The notes under the pieces are model-generated. The model saw only the letters and a program-made list of their open reading frames with translations, ran no database searches and was not told the DNA's origin. DNA of 64,000 nucleotides from Callorhinchus milii (lineage: Eukaryota), in the NCBI RefSeq assembly GCF_018977255.1, contig NW_024704743.1, positions 44,642,001 through 44,706,000 on the forward strand, read 5' to 3'. Shown here one piece after another: positions 1 through 12,157 of this stretch. Every line of letters starts with the position of its first letter. Within the stretch, counting starts at the first letter, position 1. A program made the translations under genes and the position numbers.

Positions 1-120
1 TATCACTTCCTGTGAATTATTCTTATTTCTTAAACTACACACCATTCTTCTCCATTACTAAAACATTCTCCAAGAAGCAAGCTGTTTCCTCTTTCATGCC
101 AAACACTTATTTTCCCCTCA

Positions 121-620
121 ACAACATAACATAACATGTAGGAGCAGGAGTAGGCCATTCGGCCCTTCGAGTCTGCCCCACCATTCAATCATAATAATAA
201 TAATAATAATCCTTGCATTTGATATAGCGCTTTTCACGTCGGGAGGACGTCCCAAAGCGCTTCACAGAACACACTGTATGGTGACTTGACTGTATATTTG
301 TGAGTGAACGTGGCAGCCAATTGCGCACAGCAATGTCCCACAAACAGTCGTAGATTGAAAATGACCAATTTATTATTGTTTTTGTTTTGGAGGGATTATT
401 ATTAGGCTCTGTGTGGAGTAAGGAAACTTGCCCAAGGTTTCGTCCTGCCTGGAATTGAACTCAGGTCTCTCGCTTGCAAAGCGAGTGCTCTAACCACTGA
501 GCTACAGGACTCCACATGGCTGATCTTCTAATCTAACTCCAGCTAATAACCTGACCCTGCCTTATCCCCATATTCCTTAAACCCTTTTGCAATAAGAAAT
601 CTCTCTATCTCAGTCTTCCC
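121..620 (-). mobile_element. CR1 LINE 3' UTR remnant, split by the SINE at 191-515
   Basis: ggagcaggagtaggccattcggcccttcgag...ccattcaatc|atggctgatct resembles the shark CR1 3' end and is continuous across the SINE. Confidence 0.7.
191..515 (-). mobile_element. Young full-length tRNA-Ala-headed SINE (family A)
   Basis: Head gtggagtcctgtagctcagtgg with A box and B box (gttcaattcc), anticodon arm ctcgc-tttgcaa-gcgag, L2-like tail and (TTA)n; near-identical copies elsewhere in the window. Confidence 0.95.
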
Positions 621-829
621 CTCTATCTATAAAATATATACCACCCAAATCTTCAAAACTGCTCTTGTATTAAGGGTGGCTCTACTAGGATCTCCTCTTC
701 TTTCTTGGATGGGAAAAAGTTCTGCACAAAAAAAGTTCTATCCATTCAGCCACAAGGGGCTCCTGGATGTAGATGGGAGGAGTCAACATGCGATCGACAG
801 TGGACTCCTGCCATTCACAAGCGGCTGGA

Positions 830-1012
830 GTTGGGCTGTCAATCAGTGAGGGGGCGGAGAAATAGACAGAACGGGGGTCAACCAAGTGGCTGCAGGCTGT
901 CAATCACATCTAATCCGCCGCTAATTGGTTCTCTTCCCGTCCAATGGGAACGGCAATAGGAGGGAGGCAGCACTGCTGCTCCTCTGCTGGGGCGGGAAGG
1001 TACACATTGGCT
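830..1012. promoter_or_regulatory. Promoter- or LTR-like motif cluster
   Basis: CTGTCAATCA at 836 and 897, GGGGCGG at about 851 and 989, CCAAT/ATTGG at 924, 941 and 1006. Confidence 0.35.
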
Positions 1013-2221
1013 GTCCCTGATGTGTCCGGTTTAACCACTTCCACTGTATAGTCCTCATTTCACCGCACACCTGCCTTCTGCTATTTAACTATATCTTACA
1101 CTGAGCTCGAGATTTTACATTGTGTAGAAAGAAAAAATATGTGAAATGAAAAGCATAAAAAATCCAAAGTAACATTTAAGAACCAGGCCTCATGTTAGGA
1201 ATTAAATATCCAATTTAGATTAGCTGTAAATTTCTGTTCATTACAATTCTGAAAGCTGAATTACAGGAAGGATTAAGAAAGAAAATTGTTCAAAGTACAA
1301 TTCTTAGCTATTTTAAAACAAACGTGGTTACATCTATGAGACAGGCTTAAGCTAAATGCAAATTATATTTTCTACAAAGAAAAACAGTGCAACAGATGCA
1401 GCAGGCAGATAATTGAAATGAATTGAATACCCCTCACTAAAACTGATCTGGGAGCCCAGCTCCAATGACTGGTGAATCCTGTGCAATCATTATGATCTAA
1501 ATTAAATGCAGTGATTAAGAGTTGGATTTATTAAACTGGATGATTCAAGGGAATAGAAAAAAATGGAATTGGTGACTGGGAAAAATGAGCTCCCGGAGTT
1601 ATTTTAACCTTCTCAGTTTTAAAAAAAATCCTTCAGAATTTGAGTGGAGAAAAACAGTTTCTATAGATCAAGGTCAATCTTCTATACAAGCACAATGAAT
1701 GTATATCACTTTTGCCTCACATCGTAAAATGTTTTTGCAGACAAACACTTAGCTTTCAGGTCTGTTTTCCAATGTTAAAATAGTTCGAACTACAGGCACA
1801 AAATGTCATCTTGCCTTTATAGCTTGTGAGACTATTTTGACTAAGAAAATAATAATCCTTGGATTTGTCTTTCACTTTAGCAGCATGTCTCAAAGGTTTT
1901 ACAGATTATTACTGCAAACACTAGTGACTGTAATTTGTAGCTGGAGCAGATTTGTGAAAAATTCTTAAATTCAATCTCCTTTTGGAAGACAGTTTCTTTA
2001 TACAACTGCAGAAAATGGCTTTCAAATTAAGATTGAATTTAACAATTTTCCACAAATCCACAACAACTTAAACTTTAAGAAAATTATCTTACAAATTATT
2101 CGGAAGTATTTTCAGGCATTAGATGGAAACATCACTTCTACGTTCATGTTTAAAGAAAACAATTGGCCTGTAATGAGAATCCATTTTAACACATGAATTT
2201 TGGGTCCATCTTTTGAATTAG

Positions 2222-2475
2222 AACAACAATTTACACTTATATCACGCTCTTCACACAGAATAGTGTCTCAGAGCACTTGTCAGGAGTGGAGTCAGGAGGA
2301 GCCAACCAAGGCAACTGACTGTGCTAGTTTGGCATTTGAACTGGGGGTGGGAGCCATCGAGGATGGGAAGGGAAACAAAGACTGAAGGCGCAGTCAAACA
2401 GGTAGGTCTTGAGACGGATGTCGGGGGATGGGGGGGTGGAGTCGGTGGTGGAGTTCCAGAGTTTGGGGGCAGTAT
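2222..2475 (-). mobile_element. Old L2 3' fragment
   Basis: Reverse complement has ctctggaactcc...ctcaagacctacctgtttgactgcgccttc, as in the other L2 3' ends. Confidence 0.6.
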
Positions 2476-2489
2476 CCGATCATAGCTGC

Positions 2490-2860
2490 AGCTGACAAAG
2501 CAGGAGCTCACTAGTTTGAATCCTGCTCTGTCCTGAGATTGCTAGTCCCAGCCAGGGTTGCATAGGGAGGATAAATCATTCCCTGGTTTAGGGAGGTTAA
2601 AATCAACCAGGTGTTGGGGTTCTGGTCCTGCTAGCACCCTCTTTTAGTTATGCATTTGTGTGGCACCTGGGTAGGAAGAAGTCAGGCCTGCCTATGACAT
2701 CCTTTACAGTTGAGTGACTCGCCCAGACTCACAGCCAAAGCTCGCACACAGACACTGACCACTTGGCAGAAGAATGAAGGGCAACCAGCACCTACCTGGG
2801 AATCCACATCCACCGAGGAAGCTGGGGACCAGGAGCAGAGGCATAGACTGGTGGAAGAAA
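2490..2860 (+). mobile_element. Old SINE-like repeat (family D, unclassified)
   Basis: Degenerate similarity to 4125-4395, 10545-10715, 11040-11260 and 31170-31400. Confidence 0.5.
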
Positions 2861-3579
2861 GTTTAGAAAATTAATTGGGCATGTTAAATTAAAAAATCAA
2901 TTAAATAAATTATTTTTCCTTTCCTACATTGGCACTGTTCAAATCTGGCCTCTTTCCCAACCTCCTGCCTGCACTGTACTTTGCAGTTTGGTGCACATGG
3001 CAGGAGGCATCCGTTACCAGCCTGACGCAAACAAACTGTTTTGGCTGTGATGTGCTAGTGATAGTTACTGTATTACACAGTAAAAGAAAAACTGATAATT
3101 GAACCATATGCTGTCTTCCCCCTCCCATTAAATATTTCAACATTTATTATTTCATTGCTGCTACTGTAAATCCCTTGATGAAGTTTGCTGTCTTTCTTAA
3201 TTAAGAAACATGGACATATGTGACTCCGACTGCTGTAAGCCAATCTAATTTGGGGGCAAGATTCTCTCGAGTCAACTGTCAAACCTCCAGTTACCAGATG
3301 GAGTTCCCATTTGGGATTGTTAATTAACAAAAGCAGAGCGCAGGCGGGAGGTGGGAATGAGGCCACTTTTGAAGATGTGGAGACGTAGGGAAGGAGGAAT
3401 ATTTTCCGCCACAAAATACACACAATCACACCACTTTACAGTATATCCTGTGGAATGCTTTGAGAAGTCCTGATGACATGATAAAGCCCTACATCAAATG
3501 CAAGATTTATTATTATTATAAAATTTTGGTGCTTTAGCTGATTTATTTTTGGATTTACGGAGTATATTTTCTACACTTG

Positions 3580-3905
3580 CAATGGTATACAAAATCTTAT
3601 ATGGGAATGAAAAAGTAAACCCAGATCAATACTTTAAGATGTATCACCACAGTAGAATAAGAGGACATCAAAGTCTGAGGAGGCTGGGGACGCCACAGAT
3701 TTTGAAGGGCAATTTCAGGACAGATACCAGGAAGTTTCTCTTTACACAGAGGGTAATCAATGACTCGGACAGGTTGCCAGGAAAGGTGGCAGGACACTAG
3801 ACTCATTTAAACAGCAGCTTTGATGTTGTGATGAGGAGACGTTAAGTTCTGGAGGGATGAAATCAGATGGGCCTTCTTCATACAGACCAATTTTTTGATC
3901 TTGTG
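3580..3905 (+). mobile_element. CR1 ORF2 C-terminal fragment
   Basis: Translation VYKIL...RIRGH...FRTDTRKFLFTQRVIN matches the CR1 C-terminus. Confidence 0.8.
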
Positions 3906-4842
3906 AAGTTGTGAGATACTCAGCACTTTTATTGCAAACATGCTCTATGTATCAAACAAGAATTTCACATAATAACTAAATACTAACGGGGATATTCTGA
4001 ACGACCACAAGAGCTGAAAAAATCAATGATTTTTAGATTCCTTCCCCCAATAAATTCTCCCTACAATAAAGCTTCATAAATGTAGTTCCTCTGATGACGT
4101 AATGAGTAAAGGAACTGACCAGTAAGGGCAGTACTAGGTCATACAGACTGGAAGGTTGTATTTCATATTCCACAGTTTATGTTGAGTTAGGTAATCTCAG
4201 ACAGGTGACAAGAGGAGTAATACTATTAGCCCTAGCAAATCTGAGTTAGAGAGGAGAAAGAAAAGCCAGGGTCCTGCATCTGATTGCTATCTAGACACCT
4301 TTGCTGGAAAGGGAGAGCATATGACCATGACTTGACTATAATACCTCAGAAGTCAAATATACTGCTCTGAGATACCAGAGACACATCTGCAACTGTGTCA
4401 CCAAAGGCAAAAGGAATTAAATACCTTCAGAGATGCAAAATTGGAGTAAAATAATTGGCTGGTGAGAATTGTTTTTAAAAACATAGCAAATAACAAGTTG
4501 TCATGAGACCAAGCGACTCCCAACAAATCTTGACAAAAGCTTAAGATTTTTATTTTTTCTAAAAGACAAGGCAGTAAATTTCTGAAGTAGAAAACTATTT
4601 TTGTGAGATTTTGTAAGTGAAGTCCTTCAGTGCTGGCATTGGCAGCGCCACTATCTGCTGATGCCAATACAACACCACAAGAAACACAAAGAAGCATCCT
4701 TTTTATTGGAGCTAAAAGGGCAACGAGAAGGAAGAGTTGCTTCACTGGCTTTATGATGATGAAAGCTGCTGAGTAGCAGTATGGGAGATCAGTGAATGTG
4801 AAAGTTGTGTACAGAACTCATAAAATACTACTTTCCCATACT

Positions 4843-5160
4843 CAGGGCAAAACGTTGGCCAAGTTTCCTTACTCCACGTGCCTCTGTTCACCTAGCAATA
4901 AGTAGGAATCCAGTTGTTAGTCGATTACTGGATCACTTTTCCAGGGTTAATAATTGCTTAAAAAATAATAATAATAATTTGGTCACTCAATTCATGACTC
5001 TTTATGCGACACTGCTATGCGCAATTGGCTGCCATGTTTCGCCCACAAAATATGCAGTCAATTCACTTTACAGTATATTCTGTGAAGCGCTTTGAGACAG
5101 CTCAAAGACATGATAAGGCCCTATATCAAATGCAAGGTTTAATTTATATTATGATTATAT
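4843..5160 (+). mobile_element. SINE family B (carries extra central segment), 5'-truncated
   Basis: tttccttactccac + tctgttcacctagcaataagtagg...gttagtcgatt + shared 3' body and tail. Confidence 0.85.
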
Positions 5161-6194
5161 ACTGTTCCACAAGGAAGCCTCAACATGGTTGGGAAGTGCC
5201 AACAACAAGGGTGAGGAAGAGCAGTCTATACCATTTACATTTGTCTGCAAGTTACCTAGTATGACACAGGCTTCAAGGAAGCCCCATGAATCTCACAGAT
5301 GGTGAATAAAAATGAATTAAAAGTCACCACCCACACAGTAATTCTCTGAGCATTGCCAGCGGGCTTTCTGGGGAAGGTTACGGGCTTAAGAATCTTTGTG
5401 AGGTGAAAAAATGCAAGGGGTCAGTTTCCAGTATAAGGTTGCTTCAAACACCAGAAAACAAAATCACAGATCAGTGAGGTGGACTGTCAACATCATTGGG
5501 AACAAATGCTTATACAACCCACAATTTTACTATGTCCTAAAAGATAAAGCCAATAATTTGTTTCGAATTAAACCTCAAATAGGAAAATTCATTCTCAAAC
5601 ACGCTAAAAGGTTACAATACAATTTACTTTTATATAGTGCCTTTCACATCAAGAGGTTATGTCAAAGTACTTCAAGGTTGAATTATCAGAGGCCCCAATT
5701 GTGGAGTGGGTCAAAGCAGTCTGCTGGCAATAGAAAGGAGAAATATTGAATTTCATAGTCTTGTATTGCACTCTGCTGCTTCACAAATCTTTCAGTGCCA
5801 CTGGCAGAATCTAACATCACTGGGATGAGTTCAGCAAGGAAGAGCCCAGGGTGAGTGCATTCATTTATCAGCCCTCTTCCTTGTTGCCCTATTGATAGGC
5901 TTCAAAGACTGAGCTGGTTGTATTGCTGACATCAATCATCAAAGTCATAAACTACATAAGCTTTTACAAAGCTGCTCTCAACTCCAATATTAATATATGA
6001 ATATCAATTTTCAAGTTAATATAAACTGTCATACATTTATTTCTATGGTTCTATGGCTAGGGAAGTGTCAGAATGGTTAGTTAGGCTGGTATAGTGTTAC
6101 AAAAATAATAAATAAAACAGATACAATGTAGGAGAAGGGTTGGGTGAGAAAATTATCATTGGTTCTTCAAGAGCTCGACACAGCAATTGATGGG

Positions 6195-6420
6195 CCACAC
6201 ACGCCTAATAATAATCCCTCAAAAAAAAACAATAATAAATTGGTCATTTTCAATCCATGACTGTTTGTGGAACGTTGCTGTGCGCAATTGGCTGCCGCGT
6301 TCTCCCACAAATATATACAGTCAATTCACTTTACAGTATATTCTGTGAAGCGCTTTGGGACGTCTAGAAGACGTGAAAAGCGCTATATCAAATGCAAGGA
6401 TTATTATTATTATTATTATT
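6195..6420 (+). mobile_element. SINE family A, 5'-truncated
   Basis: Matches body and (TTA)n tail of full-length copies. Confidence 0.9.
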
Positions 6421-7439
6421 AGACGTTGCTAACAGGAAGCCTTGAGAGATGCGATATCCAAGGTTCTGCAATACCTCAAAGCAACAGAAAGAGGAGCGTC
6501 GACATAACAGAATTAGATAGTGGGTAGTTAGTACTCTACAGTCTGCACCCTTCACAGAACCTGTGTTCAACAATTCAGAAGGTCTGAAATCAGAGCCAAA
6601 TGCACCTGAATTAGTCCCTGAACCAAGACAAGAAGATTCTTCAAAGGATGTTGTACTAAAAGCTAGATTGAGTTGTTATCTACCCCCAACCCAACCCAGC
6701 TCGGAGTCAGACTCCCCCAGTGTTAAACACTCTGCGACTCTACCCTGCGTAGAGGGCGCTATATAAGTGTTGGACAGTAAAAGAGTTCTTTGGCTTTAGA
6801 ACTAATTAGCAACTCTTATAAAGTGCTGCCTATTGGAGCACTGTATACTTTTGTACTTTAATATTATGTGTTCAATGTTGGTAGTAGTTTATAGATTAAC
6901 AAGCAGAGTAGCCACAAGCTAAATTCCAAATTCTTTTGCTAAAATAAAATTTAAACATTTCATTTACAAGTACTTAAGTAGTCTGTATTTTTATACTAAA
7001 GGAAAAGTACAAGACATGCCAGAGTGTTACAATTTGTCTTACAATTAAAGAAATTGTATGAATTGAGTGAAGAGATAAATAAAAATGTAGCAAAGAGCAC
7101 ACTTTGTTTTCCCTGATGCTGTCTAGGCGAAGGTCCAAATTTATACACATATAAAATTTAATTTGTTTTCTTTGCCAGGAAACATGTAAGGAGCCAAGTT
7201 GGTCTCAAGCAAATCAAACATCTGTGTCCAGATAAATCACTTTCAAATTGATAAGAAGCCATGAAATAGAATGCAGAAAATATAAGCACAACAGGCTTTA
7301 TGTGTTGATGAAAAAGGGTGACGTGATGTTTTTGTTAACAATTATCATTCAAAATAAGAAATATGAATGAAATATCTGTCCCCCATTTTGACCTAGCTCC
7401 CCTAACAACTACCCTCCACCTCCTTCCCTTCAGCAAATT

Positions 7440-7545
7440 TTAAATTCATGCTTTCCTTAGTACCCGGTGACATCAGTTTGTGCAGGAGTCTTTCTTGATA
7501 CTTTGTCAAATGCCATTTGGAAGTCAAGGTCTGCTACATCGTAAA
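7440..7545 (-). mobile_element. CR1 RT fragment
   Basis: Minus-strand translation DVADLDFQMAFDKV. Confidence 0.65.
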
Positions 7546-9605
7546 GTTTTCCATAGTCAATTTGGGGTGTCAGAATGTCTACGTGATTGGTCAGCTACTT
7601 GGCGCCAACATGCAAGTGGACGAAATAAAGACAACTATCAAAGTTGGAAAACAAGTCAATTCATGTCACTTGAAGACCTACCAGCTGCCAATTACAACAG
7701 AAATCTTAGGGCCAAAGTGATGGCTTATGCAAAAAAATAGCTGTGGGAGTTCCTGGTAAAGAAGGTCAGAAATACATTTTAAAAATATTCATAAAGCAAC
7801 ATAAGGGAACCAATGTAGGAAGACAGTGTAAGTAGATTACCTTTCAAACATTGATGTTGTTGGCACTATATCAAAATACAAGAATTAACATTATATTAAA
7901 TAAGGAAAAGTCACTCACCTATAAAACGCTTTCAGCAAATGCAGATCATATGCCAGACCTTAAAAGTTCACACCAAAGCGTTTTTTTCTGATTTCATCTA
8001 TTATTAAGCAGAGGAATATATTTGAACTCAACCGTACAAAATATTAAATTACTGATGGAAAAGACTAAAATTACTCATGCAGAAGACTAAAACCATTGAC
8101 CTATTCTCTACAGTAAATCTTTCGAAAAATAGACAAAACACTCAAGTGCAGTGAACTTTGTAATGGCTTATCTGTCTCTGTGGCCTTGTCTGTAACGTTG
8201 CACATCTCCATTTTTATCAAGAGCTTGGTAATATACTTATAAGTATAAAATATGCTATTTAGCACAGAGTGGAATATGAAACAGTTGCAAGTGTACAGAT
8301 AGAGGGTAAGTCGTAGCAAACAGTAAGATTATATTTAACAATTTCAGTCAATCAACTAATTCATTCACAGTGAAGTTTTGTACAAAGAATGGTCAATCCA
8401 AGGGTCACTACAGCTGAAGAAAAAAAAGTACTTGCTTTTATAGCACTTAGCAATGTCAAAAACATCTCATTAGATGAACGGCAAACAAATTTCCCCTCGT
8501 CAAAACTGCATAGGGATTAAGCCATACTGTGTACATTTCTGTACCAGTGCATTGTGAAAAATCTTGAACACATTTTTAAAAAATTAATAAGCCATTAATA
8601 GTCAAACACAGTAGTTCAAATGTGTCAAGGCTTTTCAAGCAAGTACGATTTGTTTAAGATTCCACTCAACAGGAAACAACCGCCCACACAACCACAAATT
8701 ATATGAAATGTCAGAATGAATATCATTAATTCGGTTTTTAGAAATTCATAAATTCTCCAAGTGAATAGAAGCTACATAGTTAACTAAGACAAAACATGTG
8801 GCCTAGCAACATTTTCTGTACCAGTAACTACACAAACTAACCTTCCTAAAAGATGTAGTAAAATAGATATGAAAGTCCCGAAGAGAAGGAAAAACACACA
8901 TACAGAAACCCTCCGCATTTCCCCCACCCAAAATAAGGGCCCATCACAGATATAAAAATCTTCTTGCTCATTATAAGGCTACCATCATAGGAGGCACTCG
9001 TGCATGAGATGCATATCCGACACGATCAGTGCCCAACATTTGTTTGAAAGGGAAAAAAGTCAAATCATTTACTCTCTGCACCAATATTTCTGAAAAAATC
9101 ATTTATACTTTCCATTCCACGTCAAACAGAATCGGGACCAAATACATACCATGGTGTGTTGTGCAATCAAGTAATATTATGATTACTTGATTGCACAACA
9201 GTGCAATCTGATAAACAGACTGATATAACAGTCAGTTCAAAGTTGCTGAGCCATCCAACGAATTGCCTGAGAACTCTCACCACAGTTTTACACTGTGCAG
9301 CTGTGAATTGCTCTATTCCTGAAACCACCTCTAAATAGTGCCAGGAGTCAGGCTCCAGTTTGATTCTTGTTTTCTAAGCCTCCCTTTAATATTTCATGTT
9401 TGATGGCGCATCACAGCCTAAATCACAGCAATTGCCAAGCATAGGAAAAACAGAAGGCCATTCAGCCAATTCCACACATTTATTAGACCTCAACACTTTT
9501 TAATACTAGTGCCCTGCTCTTATGCCACAATATTTAATACCTCTGCTAATGCAGTACTAATGCATAAGCAGAGGTATTAAACACCACATCTTGGAGGCCT
9601 GTTGA

Positions 9606-9879
9606 TCAGTGGTTAGAGCACTCGCCTTGCAAGCGAGACACCTGGGTTCAATTCTAGGCAGGACGAAACCTTGGGCAAGTTTCCTTACTCCACACACCTA
9701 ATAATAATCCCTCCAAAACAAAACAATAATAAATTGGTCATTTTCAATCCATGACTGTTTGTGGGACACTGCTGTGCGCAATTTCGCCCACAAATATAGT
9801 CTATTCTGTGAAGCGCTTTGAGACGTCGAGAAAACGTGAAAAGCTCTATATCAAATGGAAGGATTATTATTATTATTAT
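9606..9879 (+). mobile_element. SINE family A
   Basis: tRNA head lacking the first bases, internal deletions, (TTA)n tail. Confidence 0.9.
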
Positions 9880-9881
9880 AA

Positions 9882-10060
9882 GTGTCAGCTTAGACTATTT
9901 GAGTTCAACCTCCTGATGCAAGACCTGAAACCACAACTTTCTGACTCAGAAGCGAGAACGCTACCATCTGAGCCAGGCTGGGAGATTGTTGGCCAGGAGA
10001 TTGGAGAAACTCCCTTCTCTTTTTGAAAAGGGATCTTTAACGTCCATTTGAACAGGCAGG
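9882..10060 (-). mobile_element. SINE family C (SacSINE1-like) head and Deu-like fragments
   Basis: ctgactcagaagcgagaacgctaccatctgagccaggctg; gggatctttaacgtccatttgaacaggcag. Confidence 0.65.
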
Positions 10061-10074
10061 TTTAGATTCCCAAT

Positions 10075-10330
10075 ATCAAATGATTGGTTTGGATGAAGAA
10101 AGCCCTTTGGTCCATCTGATTGCTACCTTCCAGAATACCGATCCTACTGTCTTTCCATCGCATCATCAAGTTGCTTCTAAATGAGGCCAGTATCCTGCCC
10201 TCAACCACCTTCATGGCAACCTGTTCCAGTCATTAATTACCCTCAGAGTAAAGAAAAACATGCTGATATCTTTCTTGAATGTGCCATTTGCAACTCTACA
10301 CCCACATCCTCTGGTTCCACTGTGTTGGTT
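10075..10330 (-). mobile_element. CR1 3' fragment
   Basis: Antisense similarity to 3720-3900. Confidence 0.6.
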
Positions 10331-10717
10331 CATCCTGAAGAATCCTCTAGAATAATATTCCGAGAAGCTTTGGAAGTGGATTTGAATATTTTGTTTAACA
10401 TTTTAATAAGATTTGCATAGCTAGAATTGTACTGCCGAGATTAAATTCCAAATGTAATTTTATTTTCTCTATGTTGGAATGTAAGCCATTTTGATAAAAA
10501 CACATCAATTACATCTGGATTAAATCTGTACTCAGCGGTCTTCCCATTGGCTGAGTTGATCCATTAAGAAACTGAGCTACACAAACTCGGAAGGTCCCAG
10601 ATCACTGGTTTATTCAGCTAGAAAATACATGGGCTGCTACAAGTAGCTTGAATGCTATGGCTTGAAGAGTGCAAAATCAATCAATCCCACTCCTGATCAG
10701 TATTCATTGCTGCCCTA

Positions 10718-10990
10718 ATAATAATAATAATTCTTGGATTTGATATAGTGCCTTATCAAGTCTTTCAGATGTCTCAAAACGCTTCACAGAATATACTGTA
10801 AAATAAATTGACTACATATATTGTGGGTGAAACGCGGCAGCCAATTGCACACAGCAGTGTCCCACAAACAATCGTGGATTGAGGAACCAATTTTTTTTTA
10901 AGGAATTATTACCACCGGAAAAGCAATCTGCCAATTGACTAACAACCCTGAGATAAACAGAGGCCTGCGGAGTAAAGAACAGTGGGCACT
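10718..10990 (-). mobile_element. SINE family B
   Basis: Tail, body and central segment in reverse orientation. Confidence 0.8.
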
Positions 10991-12157
10991 ATATAGAATA
11001 GCTAAGAATAAGTTAGACATTGTAATAAGTTTCAACACTTCTGGATTAAGTGGAGAGGAGGAATCAGCCACGATGGGTCCCACTCCTGATCTCTATCCAA
11101 ACAGTTTTGATGAAAGGCACTTAATATGAACAGGATCGAGTATCCCTGTAATGGTCCACAGTTGAATAGACTTGGCCAACCCATACATGATGAGTAACCT
11201 TTTGGGCACGGTCCCAGATCACAGCTGTCGAACCACATCAGGGGAGGGGAGGAGAGAAATTGTAACTATAAATCATTAGTACCTTGTGTGAAATCTAGCA
11301 ATAACAATCTTCAAATTAAAAGCTGCAGTATTTCAAGAACATTTTGTAGATCAGAAAAAGTGTACTTTTGACCTGTTATGTAACAGCAACAGTGGCAGGG
11401 GATTTAGGGGAAGCAGGTAAATTCAAGGGCATTATCCTGATTTATTTTGACACTTAAGCTCAGCTTTTGAAACAGATTGTTTTTCCTGCAATGGAATCAT
11501 CCCCAAATCATTCTTTGCACATTCTCATGCTAAAACTGTTAATCTACAGAACAGTGCAGAGCGTGAAAGGGGGCGGGGGTTGTAAGAGAGTTGCTGCTCC
11601 AAGGCATAATTCTTTGCTGACTCTCAGCCTCTACCAGGGATAAATTGATACAGAATTTAAAGTTGGAAATGCTTCATCTGGATGCAATTAGAACTAAATT
11701 CTCAGAATTCATCACCAGTGCCAATATTTACAACAATCCCCCAAATGAAAATGGTCAACCATTTCATGGCTATTTGTGAGACATTGCTGTGCGCAAACTG
11801 GCTGTCGCATTCGCCTATAAAATACAGTCACAGGTATGTATTCTGTTGTAAACATTGACCTAAGTGGTAAAAAGCTGTATGCACATCGCAAGAGATTTAA
11901 TATTTTCCTGCATTTTGGAGTAGCTATTTTACATAAACATAATGTGTCAAATCAATATTTTACCATATCTCCATTCAGATATGCCGAACTCTGCCACTGA
12001 ACAGCAGGGTATGACAATGTTGATGCTCCTTTACCTCACTTTCAAAGATGCAGTGTTGATCCTCAATGGCAGATTTGATATAATCATTGCCCACATGAAA
12101 AGGAATCACACAGAAAAGTAAGATCCCAGATTCAATCCCTGGGTCTGTATTTAAATT

